In this document: piece by piece, positions 26,263 through 34,344 of the stretch
Layout of the letters: each line of letters begins with the position of its first letter
Position numbering within the stretch: the stretch's first letter is position 1
Origin: an uncultured Bacilli bacterium
GTDB lineage: Bacteria; Bacillota_I; Bacilli_A; RF39; UBA660
Assembly (NCBI GenBank): GCA_947627895.1
Contig: CANQXV010000002.1
Coordinates: 1 to 47,204, forward strand
Reading direction: 5' to 3'
DNA length: 47,204 nucleotides
Notes under the pieces: model-generated
The model's database searches: none
The model's input: the letters and a program-made list of their open reading frames with translations, nothing else
What the model was told of the DNA's origin: nothing
Program-made: the position numbers and the translations under genes

Positions 26263-26304
26263 TACAATTTTATATGAAATAATATAATCGGAGTGTAAGA
26301 CAAA

Positions 26305-26544
26305 ATGATGGTTTCAAAAGAAGATAATAATTATATCTATTTCTGGGTTGGGAAAAATATTAAAAAATATCGCAAGTTAAAAGGCTTAACTCAAAATGAA
26401 TTAGCCCAAAAATGTAATTTAAGTAAAGGCTATATCAGTGATATTGAAAATAATACCTTTAAAACTTTTTCTTTAAATACCCTTTATTTAATTGCCAAAA
26501 ATTTAGATGTCCATATTAGACAATTATTTGATGATTTACCTTAA
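26305..26544 (+). CDS. XRE-family helix-turn-helix transcriptional regulator
   Basis: HTH_3 pattern GKNIKKYRKLKGLTQNELAQKCNLSKGYISDIEN. Confidence 0.85.
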   Translation: MMVSKEDNNYIYFWVGKNIKKYRKLKGLTQNELAQKCNLSKGYISDIENNTFKTFSLNTLYLIAKNLDVHIRQLFDDLP

Positions 26545-27063
26545 TTAAAATAATAACATTGTTAAAATAAATGCTGTAATAATACCGACTAAATCCGCGA
26601 AAAGGCCAACGCCTAGAGAATATCGCGTTTTTTTAATGCCAATTGAACTATAATAAAGAGCTAAAACATAAATAGTGGTATCTGTGCAACCTTGCAAGAT
26701 AGAGGCCAGCCTTCCTAAATAAGAGTCCGACCCATATTGAATAAAAATCTCATTCATAATAGCCAAGGTAGCGGTTCCGGATACGGGTCTAAGTAAAGCC
26801 ATGGGCATTATTTCTAAAGGAATATTTAAGATATCTAAGAAACCCCTTAAATGATTAAGTAAAAAATAGATAAAGTTACTATCTAAAAAAATATTAATTG
26901 CAAAAACCATCGCCATAATCGCAGGAAAAATACTTAAAGTAATATTTAAGCCTTCTTTGGCTCCCGCGAGAAAAGAATCATAAACATTTATTTTTTTCTT
27001 AAAACCATAAAAAATAACTATTACGACAAAAAGAGGAATAACTATTTTAGATAACAAACTCAT
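26545..27063 (-). CDS. spmB: Spore maturation protein B
   Basis: Nucleoside-recognition (Gate)-type polytopic protein, ATGA-coupled downstream of spmA and dacB as in the Bacillus subtilis dacB-spmA-spmB operon. Confidence 0.8.
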   Translation of the reverse strand: MSLLSKIVIPLFVVIVIFYGFKKKINVYDSFLAGAKEGLNITLSIFPAIMAMVFAINIFLDSNFIYFLLNHLRGFLDILNIPLEIMPMALLRPVSGTATLAIMNEIFIQYGSDSYLGRLASILQGCTDTTIYVLALYYSSIGIKKTRYSLGVGLFADLVGIITAFILTMLLF

Positions 27064-27638
27064 TTATTTTTCCTCCTGATAAAATAATCTAAAAGAAGAC
27101 CGGCGAGACTTGAACAAAAGGTTGCAATAACTCCGGGAATTATTATTTCACTGGGGTTTATAGAATTATGGGCAATTCTTAAAGCTAAAACAGTGGTTGG
27201 AATAATAGTAACTCCTGCGGTATTTAAAACTAAAAAGGTAATCATAGGTGTACTTGCCGTATCTTTTTCAGGATTTATTTTTTGTAATTCTTTCATAGCT
27301 TTTAAACCAAAAGGTGTTGCCGCACTACCAAGGCCTAACATATTTGCCGCAATATTAGAGGCAATATAACCTAAAGCGGGATTGTTTTTGGGTACACTTG
27401 GAAAAAGGCGTGAAAGTAAAGGCTCAACTAGAGAAGCAAACTTTTTTAATAGTCCTGAGTCTTCAGCAATCTTCATAATTCCCGTCCATAAAACAATAAT
27501 TGGCAAAATTGATAAAATTAAATCAAAGCCTTCCTTACCATTAGTTAAAATACTATTATTGATAGTTTCTAAATTACCCGTTAAAAGAGAAAAAAAGATT
27601 CCTACTAAAATTAAAAATATCCAAATATAATTTACCAT
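27060..27638 (-). CDS. spmA: Spore maturation protein A
   Basis: Gate-domain membrane protein that overlaps both the dacB stop and the spmB start. Confidence 0.8.
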   Translation of the reverse strand: MVNYIWIFLILVGIFFSLLTGNLETINNSILTNGKEGFDLILSILPIIVLWTGIMKIAEDSGLLKKFASLVEPLLSRLFPSVPKNNPALGYIASNIAANMLGLGSAATPFGLKAMKELQKINPEKDTASTPMITFLVLNTAGVTIIPTTVLALRIAHNSINPSEIIIPGVIATFCSSLAGLLLDYFIRRKNK

Positions 27639-28714
27639 GATTTAAACCACCTAATTATTTTTTGAAACCAATTTAGTTTTTGATGCTTTTCCTCAATTTC
27701 AATATAAATATTGTCTTTCCGAATTAATTTATCTTTTAAATAAATTTCTACCTCACCTACTTTGTCCCCATTTAAAGGTTTCTTTACTTTAGTTAACCGA
27801 TAATTTATCTTTAAATAGTCTTTTTCGCCTGTTTTTATTGGAATAAAAATATCATTAGTTATATATAATTTATATTTTTCATAATAGGTATCTTCTTTAA
27901 TTTTAAAATTATTTTTAGAAAGAACTAAAAAAGGCGTATACTCTTCAAATACTTTATTATATAAAGTAATATGATCTTGAAAATCATTAGGATCATTTAA
28001 AGTAACAACTACAACATCTAAATTATTTTTCGAAGCTGTAGTCACTAAAGTTCTTCTTGCTTTTTCCGTAAATCCCGTTTTCCCACCGGTAACAAAATCA
28101 TAACGATGAATTAATTTATTTTTACTCGTCCAAGAATAAGTTTTGGTACTACTTTTTATTTTGATGTTCTTAGTACCAAATATTTCTCTAAAGGTAGCAT
28201 TTTGATAAGCATACTTAGTTAAAAGAGCCATATCATAAGCAGTTGATGTATTACCTTTTCCACTTTGTTCTTCCAAGCCATGGGCATTATAAAAGTATGT
28301 GTTATTCATACCTATTTTTTTGGCAAGTTCATTCATCAAGGTAGCAAATTTTTCCATACTTCCAGCCACGTTTTTGGCAATTACCACGGCCGCATCATTA
28401 CCGCTTCGAAGCATAAGACCATAAAGTAAATCTTTTAAAGTTAATTCTTCACCAACTTCGATATAGATAGCACTCCCATAGGCTTTTAAAACCTCATCCC
28501 CCACGGTTACTTTTTGATTTATATTCGCATTTTCAATCGTTACAATACAAGTCATTATTTTGGTAATAGAGGCAATTAATCTTTCATCGTGAATGTTAGC
28601 CTCATAAAAAATACGATTACTATTTAAATCCATGGCAATAGCACTGGATGCACTTATAGCTTTAACTTCAAATGGTAAAAAAACTAAGTAAAATAAAAAG
28701 ACTACTTTTTTCAT
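27632..28714 (-). CDS. dacB: D-alanyl-D-alanine carboxypeptidase (S11, sporulation-type PBP5*-like)
   Basis: SxxK (ASITKIM), SGN (RSGND) and KTG (GGKTGFT). Signal peptide. Start set to the in-frame ATG 12 nt inside the ORF (MKKVVF), preceded by GAGGG. Confidence 0.88.
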   Translation of the reverse strand: MKKVVFLFYLVFLPFEVKAISASSAIAMDLNSNRIFYEANIHDERLIASITKIMTCIVTIENANINQKVTVGDEVLKAYGSAIYIEVGEELTLKDLLYGLMLRSGNDAAVVIAKNVAGSMEKFATLMNELAKKIGMNNTYFYNAHGLEEQSGKGNTSTAYDMALLTKYAYQNATFREIFGTKNIKIKSSTKTYSWTSKNKLIHRYDFVTGGKTGFTEKARRTLVTTASKNNLDVVVVTLNDPNDFQDHITLYNKVFEEYTPFLVLSKNNFKIKEDTYYEKYKLYITNDIFIPIKTGEKDYLKINYRLTKVKKPLNGDKVGEVEIYLKDKLIRKDNIYIEIEEKHQKLNWFQKIIRWFKSW

Positions 28715-28769
28715 ATTAACCCTCAATTAAGATTATGAAAAAAATAGCCAAGCCATACCAAGAAAAAAT

Positions 28770-29966
28770 TTACTTATGTTGTTTTTTCTTATTTATAATT
28801 TCTAAATATAGATTATAAACCTCTTCAATGCAATCATCCCAATTGCGATATAAATCAAAGTAAGCATTATTGGCAACTTTTTTATATAATGTTTTATTGC
28901 TCATAACTTCAATTATCCTATCAGAATAAGCCCCGACCGAAAAGTCTGATAAAAAGCCATTAACATTGTCGGTTATAGTTGATGCGGTAACCGTATTTTT
29001 AAGTAAAAGAGCCGGTGTTCTTTGACTAGCTGCCTCAATTTGAACAATGGATGAGGCATCATAAACCGAAGGAAATAAAAATAAATCGGCCCGCGCATAA
29101 TATTTTTTTAAAAGTTCCCGGTCAGTAATTTTACCACATAAAATTACTTCTTTTTCTAATCCCAAATCACTAATTCTTTTGCGTAATTTTCCTTCATCAA
29201 AACCGGAACCCACGAATAACATTTTAAATTTTAATCGACTCTTTTTCTTTTTCACCGCATTTAAGGCATCAACAATAAATAAAATATTTTTTAAAGTATT
29301 AAGCCGGCCAACAAATAAAAATACTTTTTCATGTGTTTTAATTTTATGTTTTTTATTAATTTCCCTACAGGCTTTTTTCGCATCTTCAATAGGTGTCATT
29401 TCAGTCGCATTATTCATAACTCGTGGTAAACATTTATATTTATAATCTTCAAAATATAGTTTAGCAACCCCTTCATTAACCGCCCAACATTCATCACATT
29501 GATTAAATATTTTAATTAGGCCTTTATTTAATCTGGTCGCAAGTCTATCGGATTTCACGGCTTTTAAAAAATCTTGTTTAAATTGACTATGCATGGTTGC
29601 AATACAAGGTATATGATGTTTTTTCGCATATTTTAAACCAGCTGCACCCAAAGTAAAAGGGGAATGAATATGCACAATATCTAATTTATATTTATTTAGG
29701 ATTTTGCGAAACTTATGATCTAATTTTGGAATCGGCAAGGAATAATCTAGGAAAGGCACCTTTAAGGAATTGCATCTTACTACTTGATAATTAAAAACCG
29801 TATCATCAAAAGGTTTATTCATATAACTTGGGACAAAAACAATAACATTCGCATATTTTACTAGTCTTTTAGCATAATTATCAATTACCGAAATAACCCC
29901 ATCTGTCATCGGATAAAATGAATCATTAAAAATACCAATCGTAATTTTTTTATCTGTTTTTTCCAT
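28770..29966 (-). CDS. GT4 (GT-B fold) glycosyltransferase, possibly a diacylglycerol glycolipid synthase type
   Basis: N-terminus ITIGIFNDSFYPMTDGV resembles alMGS/CpoA-like enzymes. The C-terminal half carries the GT4 E-x7-E-like region (PSVYDASSIVQIEA). Confidence 0.7.
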   Translation of the reverse strand: MEKTDKKITIGIFNDSFYPMTDGVISVIDNYAKRLVKYANVIVFVPSYMNKPFDDTVFNYQVVRCNSLKVPFLDYSLPIPKLDHKFRKILNKYKLDIVHIHSPFTLGAAGLKYAKKHHIPCIATMHSQFKQDFLKAVKSDRLATRLNKGLIKIFNQCDECWAVNEGVAKLYFEDYKYKCLPRVMNNATEMTPIEDAKKACREINKKHKIKTHEKVFLFVGRLNTLKNILFIVDALNAVKKKKSRLKFKMLFVGSGFDEGKLRKRISDLGLEKEVILCGKITDRELLKKYYARADLFLFPSVYDASSIVQIEAASQRTPALLLKNTVTASTITDNVNGFLSDFSVGAYSDRIIEVMSNKTLYKKVANNAYFDLYRNWDDCIEEVYNLYLEIINKKKQHK

Positions 29967-30025
29967 AAGTTAATTATAAACTTTTTGTTATTTTACCACA
30001 AGTAAAAAGTAAAGAAATTGCTCCT

Positions 30026-30589
30026 TTACTTTTCTTGTTCATAGTTATAAACCCCATGAATTTTTTCTAAATCAGTCTCACTTAATTCTTTAACTTGCCA
30101 TTTCTTATCTTCATCTTTGATAACTTCAAATGTTACGGTATATTCAACCCTATCACTCATCTTTTTCATTTGTTCTAATTTATAATCTAAAAATTTACTA
30201 TCATCAAATGTCCCATTTTCATCTAAAAATTCATTTTGATGATCACTTAAGTAACTTGCTGCATTACTTTGGGCTTTATATAAATCATAAACACTTACCT
30301 TGGCTTCAACCGTTGCGGTATCCCCATTATAACTTTCATCAGTTATTTCATATTTAATATCACTATATTGTTTTTTTAAAATATCCCGATATACTTCTTC
30401 TTGTTTATCCGTGAAATCTTCATTAGATATTACATCCTCTAAATCAGATAAAACGGAAGAAGATAAATTCTTATATTGATCTAAAAACAATTTAACCGCA
30501 TCTCCTGCCGTACTTCTTGTTAAAGAACAACCTGTTAAAACTAAAACACTTAGTAATAATACTCCTAAACTAACAAATAATTTTTTCAC
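30026..30589 (-). CDS. Lipoprotein of unknown function
   Basis: Lipobox LVLTGC after a signal peptide. Confidence 0.7.
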   Translation of the reverse strand: MKKLFVSLGVLLLSVLVLTGCSLTRSTAGDAVKLFLDQYKNLSSSVLSDLEDVISNEDFTDKQEEVYRDILKKQYSDIKYEITDESYNGDTATVEAKVSVYDLYKAQSNAASYLSDHQNEFLDENGTFDDSKFLDYKLEQMKKMSDRVEYTVTFEVIKDEDKKWQVKELSETDLEKIHGVYNYEQEK

Positions 30590-30638
30590 TTTTGCATCCC
30601 CATTTCTTATATTTTTAGCATAAACAAATTTTTAAAAT

Positions 30639-31268
30639 TTATACATTGTTATAACTTATTTCAATTATATGAAAAATATTCTCTTCTTTATTACCTAATT
30701 GTTCTTGAATTTGTTTTTTCATCTTTTGATATATTTTAGTAACATCCTCTTCATAATTATTAAACCATTCTAAATACAAAAATTGTAATTTACTTTTATT
30801 TTTCTCTTGATATAATTTATCTATTTCTTGATTAATAATACTACGCATATTCACTTCTTTTCTTAAATCATTATTTGCTTTTTTCTTTTCTATTACCTCA
30901 TATTCTAAATCAATATTTTTAATCGTATAGATTACTTCAAGTAAATTAAGTTCATCATTTAAAGATAAAGCACTATAATTAACACTAACTCCTTCATCAT
31001 CAAAAATAAAGGCTAGAGCATTATTTTTATCAGCCAGAATACAAGCATATTTAATTATTCCTTTTTCCGTAGGGGTTTTATTTTCAATTATTTTTAAAAA
31101 ATCACTACTTACCTTAACTTTATTTAAGACTAATTCTTTTAATACTTTACTTGTTATTTGAAATAAAGGTATTTTCTTTATATTACTAAAACAATCATTT
31201 TCACAAACCTCATAAAAGGGATAATTATTTTCTAAAAAGTCTAAAGTGATGTCGTAATAAAAATTCAT
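30639..31268 (-). CDS. Hypothetical cytoplasmic protein (209 aa)
   Basis: ORF with SD AAAGGA. No motif recognised. Confidence 0.5.
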   Translation of the reverse strand: MNFYYDITLDFLENNYPFYEVCENDCFSNIKKIPLFQITSKVLKELVLNKVKVSSDFLKIIENKTPTEKGIIKYACILADKNNALAFIFDDEGVSVNYSALSLNDELNLLEVIYTIKNIDLEYEVIEKKKANNDLRKEVNMRSIINQEIDKLYQEKNKSKLQFLYLEWFNNYEEDVTKIYQKMKKQIQEQLGNKEENIFHIIEISYNNV

Positions 31269-31467
31269 TTATCTTTTTCCTTTCTAAGCCAATGCTTATA
31301 AGAATAATTCCTAGGGGTAATAAATACATATAAGGGTTTCTAATAATAAATTGACCAAATTCTAAAAAACTATACCCTATTGTTAATAAATTTAAGTAAA
31401 TAATTAAAAAAAATAATCCCACACTACATAATATTATGCCTAAGATAATTAAAATTATATCTATCAC
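31225..31467 (-). CDS. Small two-TM membrane protein (80 aa)
   Basis: Two clear hydrophobic helices. The 3' end overlaps the next gene by 44 nt, so the true stop or extent is uncertain. Confidence 0.4.
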   Translation of the reverse strand: MIDIILIILGIILCSVGLFFLIIYLNLLTIGYSFLEFGQFIIRNPYMYLLPLGIILISIGLERKKINEFLLRHHFRLFRK

Positions 31468-31517
31468 CTATATTAATATTATGTAAAATATGAAATTATT
31501 TTAACTTGTTTTAATTA

Positions 31518-33596
31518 CTACCAAGATAATCGATAAGGATTTCCAAGTGTACCATCACCTGATGCAATCTCAGTGCTAGACTTTAGATAGAAGGTAGGAC
31601 GTACACAATGGTCAATGCTGTACACTGTCCAGTTATCAACTCGACCACCACTGTCAACGCGGAATGCATCGTACCAATTGTCAGTCCGCCGTGTAATTGT
31701 CCATTCATACAATCCCATATACATCCAATTGCTTGTCGATATATTATCTTGATTATAATTATATATTTCCGTTTGCCAATTCTCTGAACTTGTTGCATAT
31801 CCATAGTCACTTACATACATTAGTCCTATCTTAGCTGTTGTTTTATCGTCTACTTCTGTTGCACTTGCATTTGTAATTCCTCTATCTGGATTAACTATTT
31901 CATTTTTGTAAGAATCTACTGCTATTATATGATAATATACTTTATAATAATTATTACCGGCTGTTATCCATTCATGTTTTGTTATTTGATCTACTATTTT
32001 TTCTTTTTTACCGTCTGTAGTTCTTAAATACTCTAAAAATTTTGTATTTAAGTTGTATGTATTTAGTGTACTACCTTTCCATAAATTTGAATCATTATCA
32101 CTACTTGCCCAGTAGTATTTTGGAACTTGTTCTAGCTCTCCTTTATATGTTGATTCTGATGATTTAATATAGTTACTTTCAGGATTTCTTGCTCCGTCGA
32201 CTCCAAGTTGTCCTTCTGTCGCATAATCTGCTTTGATTAATTTCATTTCATAGTCATTAAATTTATTTTTAAATAATCCTATAATTCTATATAAATCATC
32301 ATTTGAACATTCGTCTTCACCTGTTTTATTATCTAAACATACATAATTATGTACATTTTCACTTGAACCGCTATATCTATATGACTCATCGTTTGCATCA
32401 ATTATTGATGATTCAGCATAGCCATCAGTTAATGCTTTTTGAAGAGCTTGTTTAAATGTATAAGGTGTTTGAGAGGTATCATAGGCTAATGTATAATGTT
32501 GTGGATTTGATGGATCGCAATAATGGCCTATAAAATATTCGTCATTATTACAATAAAATTTTATCAATCTGTTTTCACTTAATTCTGAAGAATCACTTGC
32601 ATATAATATTCCATATTCACTTTGATGATTAGGAGTTATTTGATAACCACCTATTATTTCAGTATCTTCGGTATTATCTAGTTGAGATGGTGCCTTTATT
32701 GTCCCATTATGGTGTATTAATGTATCTTCTTCGGAATCTACTAATAATTTAGTTATATTTTTTTCATATGCTGGTACATATTCTTCTTTTTGGATTATTA
32801 CTTTTCCACTTACACTCTTTCCTGTATTTATTTCTTGGTCAGTTGGTAAGTTTATAAATGTTAGTGTTATTTCCCATTCATCTTCTTTTGGATTTGGTTG
32901 ACTTCCATCTTCTGGAGCCGTTACTGCTATAGTACCTGTTTCATCGGTGCTTATCTTTATAATTCCACCTTTTTCGGTTATATCATATCCATTTAAAGTT
33001 CTAGTTTGTTCTCCTGATTCATCATTATATTTTATTTCTATTCCTTCTTTATAGTATGATTCTAAACTTGTTATATTTTTAATTTCTGTACCATTCTTTT
33101 TGACTGTTAGTATTAATTCGGGTATTCCTTCTGTATATGCTTCCTTTTCTTCAGAACTCAATGGTGCAAGTTTTACATTTCCATCTGTATCCTTATAACT
33201 TGAATACTCTAATTCATTTGTATCTATATGTAAGTATACATTATAAGTTTCGTTGGCTTCCCTCGTTGTACTATTTGCTTTTAATACTACTTTACCTGTT
33301 ACTCCATCTGCTATACTTTCAGCATTTTCTTTAAAGTTTGTCATTGTTGCATTTATGGTTATTGCTGATTCTGAATCATTATCAGTTATATGATTAGATG
33401 CATCAGTTACATTTTTATCTTCCATGCTAAATGTTAAGGAATCTGTTGTTCCGGTTTGAGCACTTACATCAATATGTTGTCCATCTCCAGTTTGAGCTTG
33501 AAAGTAAGCATAGGTGGCACCTGCTACTACTATTAATAATGTAAGTACTCCTATTATTAGTAATATTGTACTTTTTCTTTTATTTTGTTCTTTCAT
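31518..33596 (-). CDS. Large exported protein with SipW-cognate (TasA/CalY-type) signal peptide and conserved C-terminal VRP-motif domain
   Basis: N-terminus KRKSTILLIIGVLTLLIVVAGATYAYFQAQ resembles TasA GGGTWAAFND and CalY GGTFAYFSD. The C-terminus ...WTITRR...FRVDSGGRV...VRPTFYLKS...GDGTLGNPYRL resembles DUF6273-like modules. Confidence 0.7.
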   Translation of the reverse strand: MKEQNKRKSTILLIIGVLTLLIVVAGATYAYFQAQTGDGQHIDVSAQTGTTDSLTFSMEDKNVTDASNHITDNDSESAITINATMTNFKENAESIADGVTGKVVLKANSTTREANETYNVYLHIDTNELEYSSYKDTDGNVKLAPLSSEEKEAYTEGIPELILTVKKNGTEIKNITSLESYYKEGIEIKYNDESGEQTRTLNGYDITEKGGIIKISTDETGTIAVTAPEDGSQPNPKEDEWEITLTFINLPTDQEINTGKSVSGKVIIQKEEYVPAYEKNITKLLVDSEEDTLIHHNGTIKAPSQLDNTEDTEIIGGYQITPNHQSEYGILYASDSSELSENRLIKFYCNNDEYFIGHYCDPSNPQHYTLAYDTSQTPYTFKQALQKALTDGYAESSIIDANDESYRYSGSSENVHNYVCLDNKTGEDECSNDDLYRIIGLFKNKFNDYEMKLIKADYATEGQLGVDGARNPESNYIKSSESTYKGELEQVPKYYWASSDNDSNLWKGSTLNTYNLNTKFLEYLRTTDGKKEKIVDQITKHEWITAGNNYYKVYYHIIAVDSYKNEIVNPDRGITNASATEVDDKTTAKIGLMYVSDYGYATSSENWQTEIYNYNQDNISTSNWMYMGLYEWTITRRTDNWYDAFRVDSGGRVDNWTVYSIDHCVRPTFYLKSSTEIASGDGTLGNPYRLSW

Positions 33597-33666
33597 TTCA
33601 CTACCTCATAATTATATTTTCCTACTTTAGGATTATCTATACCTATCATATTAAAATAAGAATACC

Positions 33667-33700
33667 ACAAATTGTCGTAAAACTCAATATGACAATTTGT
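33667..33700. promoter_or_regulatory. Perfect 10-bp inverted repeat in the divergent XRE / 692-aa gene promoter region
   Basis: ACAAATTGTC-N14-GACAATTTGT read directly. Confidence 0.5.
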
Positions 33701-33729
33701 TTTAAAATAAACTAAAATTGGTGATAAAA

Positions 33730-33987
33730 ATGCGATTAAGAGATATTAGAGAAGATCATGATTTAACACAAGCCGAAGTAGGAAAAATATTAAATGTTAC
33801 TCAAACAGCTTATAGTGCCTATGAATTAGGCAAAAGACAAATACCAATTGAAGCTTTAATAAAGCTTGCTAAATTTTATCATACATCAGTTGACTATTTA
33901 CTAGAGTTAACTGATGAAAGAAAACCTTATCCAAAATCTTATATTCAAAAAGAAGAATTAGAAAAATTACTTAAAATTGGTGTGTAA
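33730..33987 (+). CDS. XRE-family HTH regulator with conserved C-terminal TDERxPYPKS tail
   Basis: Start moved to the ATG at 33730 (SD GGTGA). HTH RLRDIREDHDLTQAEVGKILNVTQTAYSAYELG. Paralog of 42593-42850. Confidence 0.85.
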   Translation: MRLRDIREDHDLTQAEVGKILNVTQTAYSAYELGKRQIPIEALIKLAKFYHTSVDYLLELTDERKPYPKSYIQKEELEKLLKIGV

Positions 33988-33988
33988 T

Positions 33989-34017
33989 TTGACTATACCC
34001 CTGGAGGGTGTTATAAT
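33989..34017 (+). promoter_or_regulatory. Sigma-A promoter with CsoR-type operator in the spacer
   Basis: TTGACT (33989-33994), 17 nt spacer, TATAAT (34012-34017). The spacer holds the GC-rich pseudo-palindrome ATACCC-ctgga-GGGTGT. Confidence 0.65.
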
Positions 34018-34034
34018 GTAACTGGTGATATAAA

Positions 34035-34331
34035 ATGAAAGAAAGTTGTGTTAAGTGTAGTCGTAAAAAACATCGGAGTGAAGAAGAAAAGAAAAATCTT
34101 AAAAGAAGATTAAATATTATCGAAGGACAAGTAAGAGGCATTACCGCAATGATTGATGATGATCGTTATTGTGATGAAATATTAATTCAAATATCAGCCA
34201 TTAATAAATCTTTAAAAAGTATCTGTAATGAAATTTTTAAAAATCATCTATCTACTTGTGTAGTTGATGATATTAAAAATGGTCGGATGGAAATCATTGA
34301 TGAAATAATGGATATAATCGGCCATTTTTAA
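34035..34331 (+). CDS. csoR: CsoR-family copper-sensing repressor
   Basis: DUF156 pattern LKRRLNIIEGQVRGITAMI..DRYCDEIL.QISA......H...C with the C-H-C ligand set. Upstream of copA. Confidence 0.88.
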   Translation: MKESCVKCSRKKHRSEEEKKNLKRRLNIIEGQVRGITAMIDDDRYCDEILIQISAINKSLKSICNEIFKNHLSTCVVDDIKNGRMEIIDEIMDIIGHF

Positions 34332-34344
34332 ATAGGATTTTATT

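Noticed and set aside
31583-31810. 75 aa ORF nested inside the 692 aa gene on the same strand
   Set aside because: It is an out-of-frame ORF made possible by the local GC-rich segment. The long frame has coherent domain content and a signal peptide.
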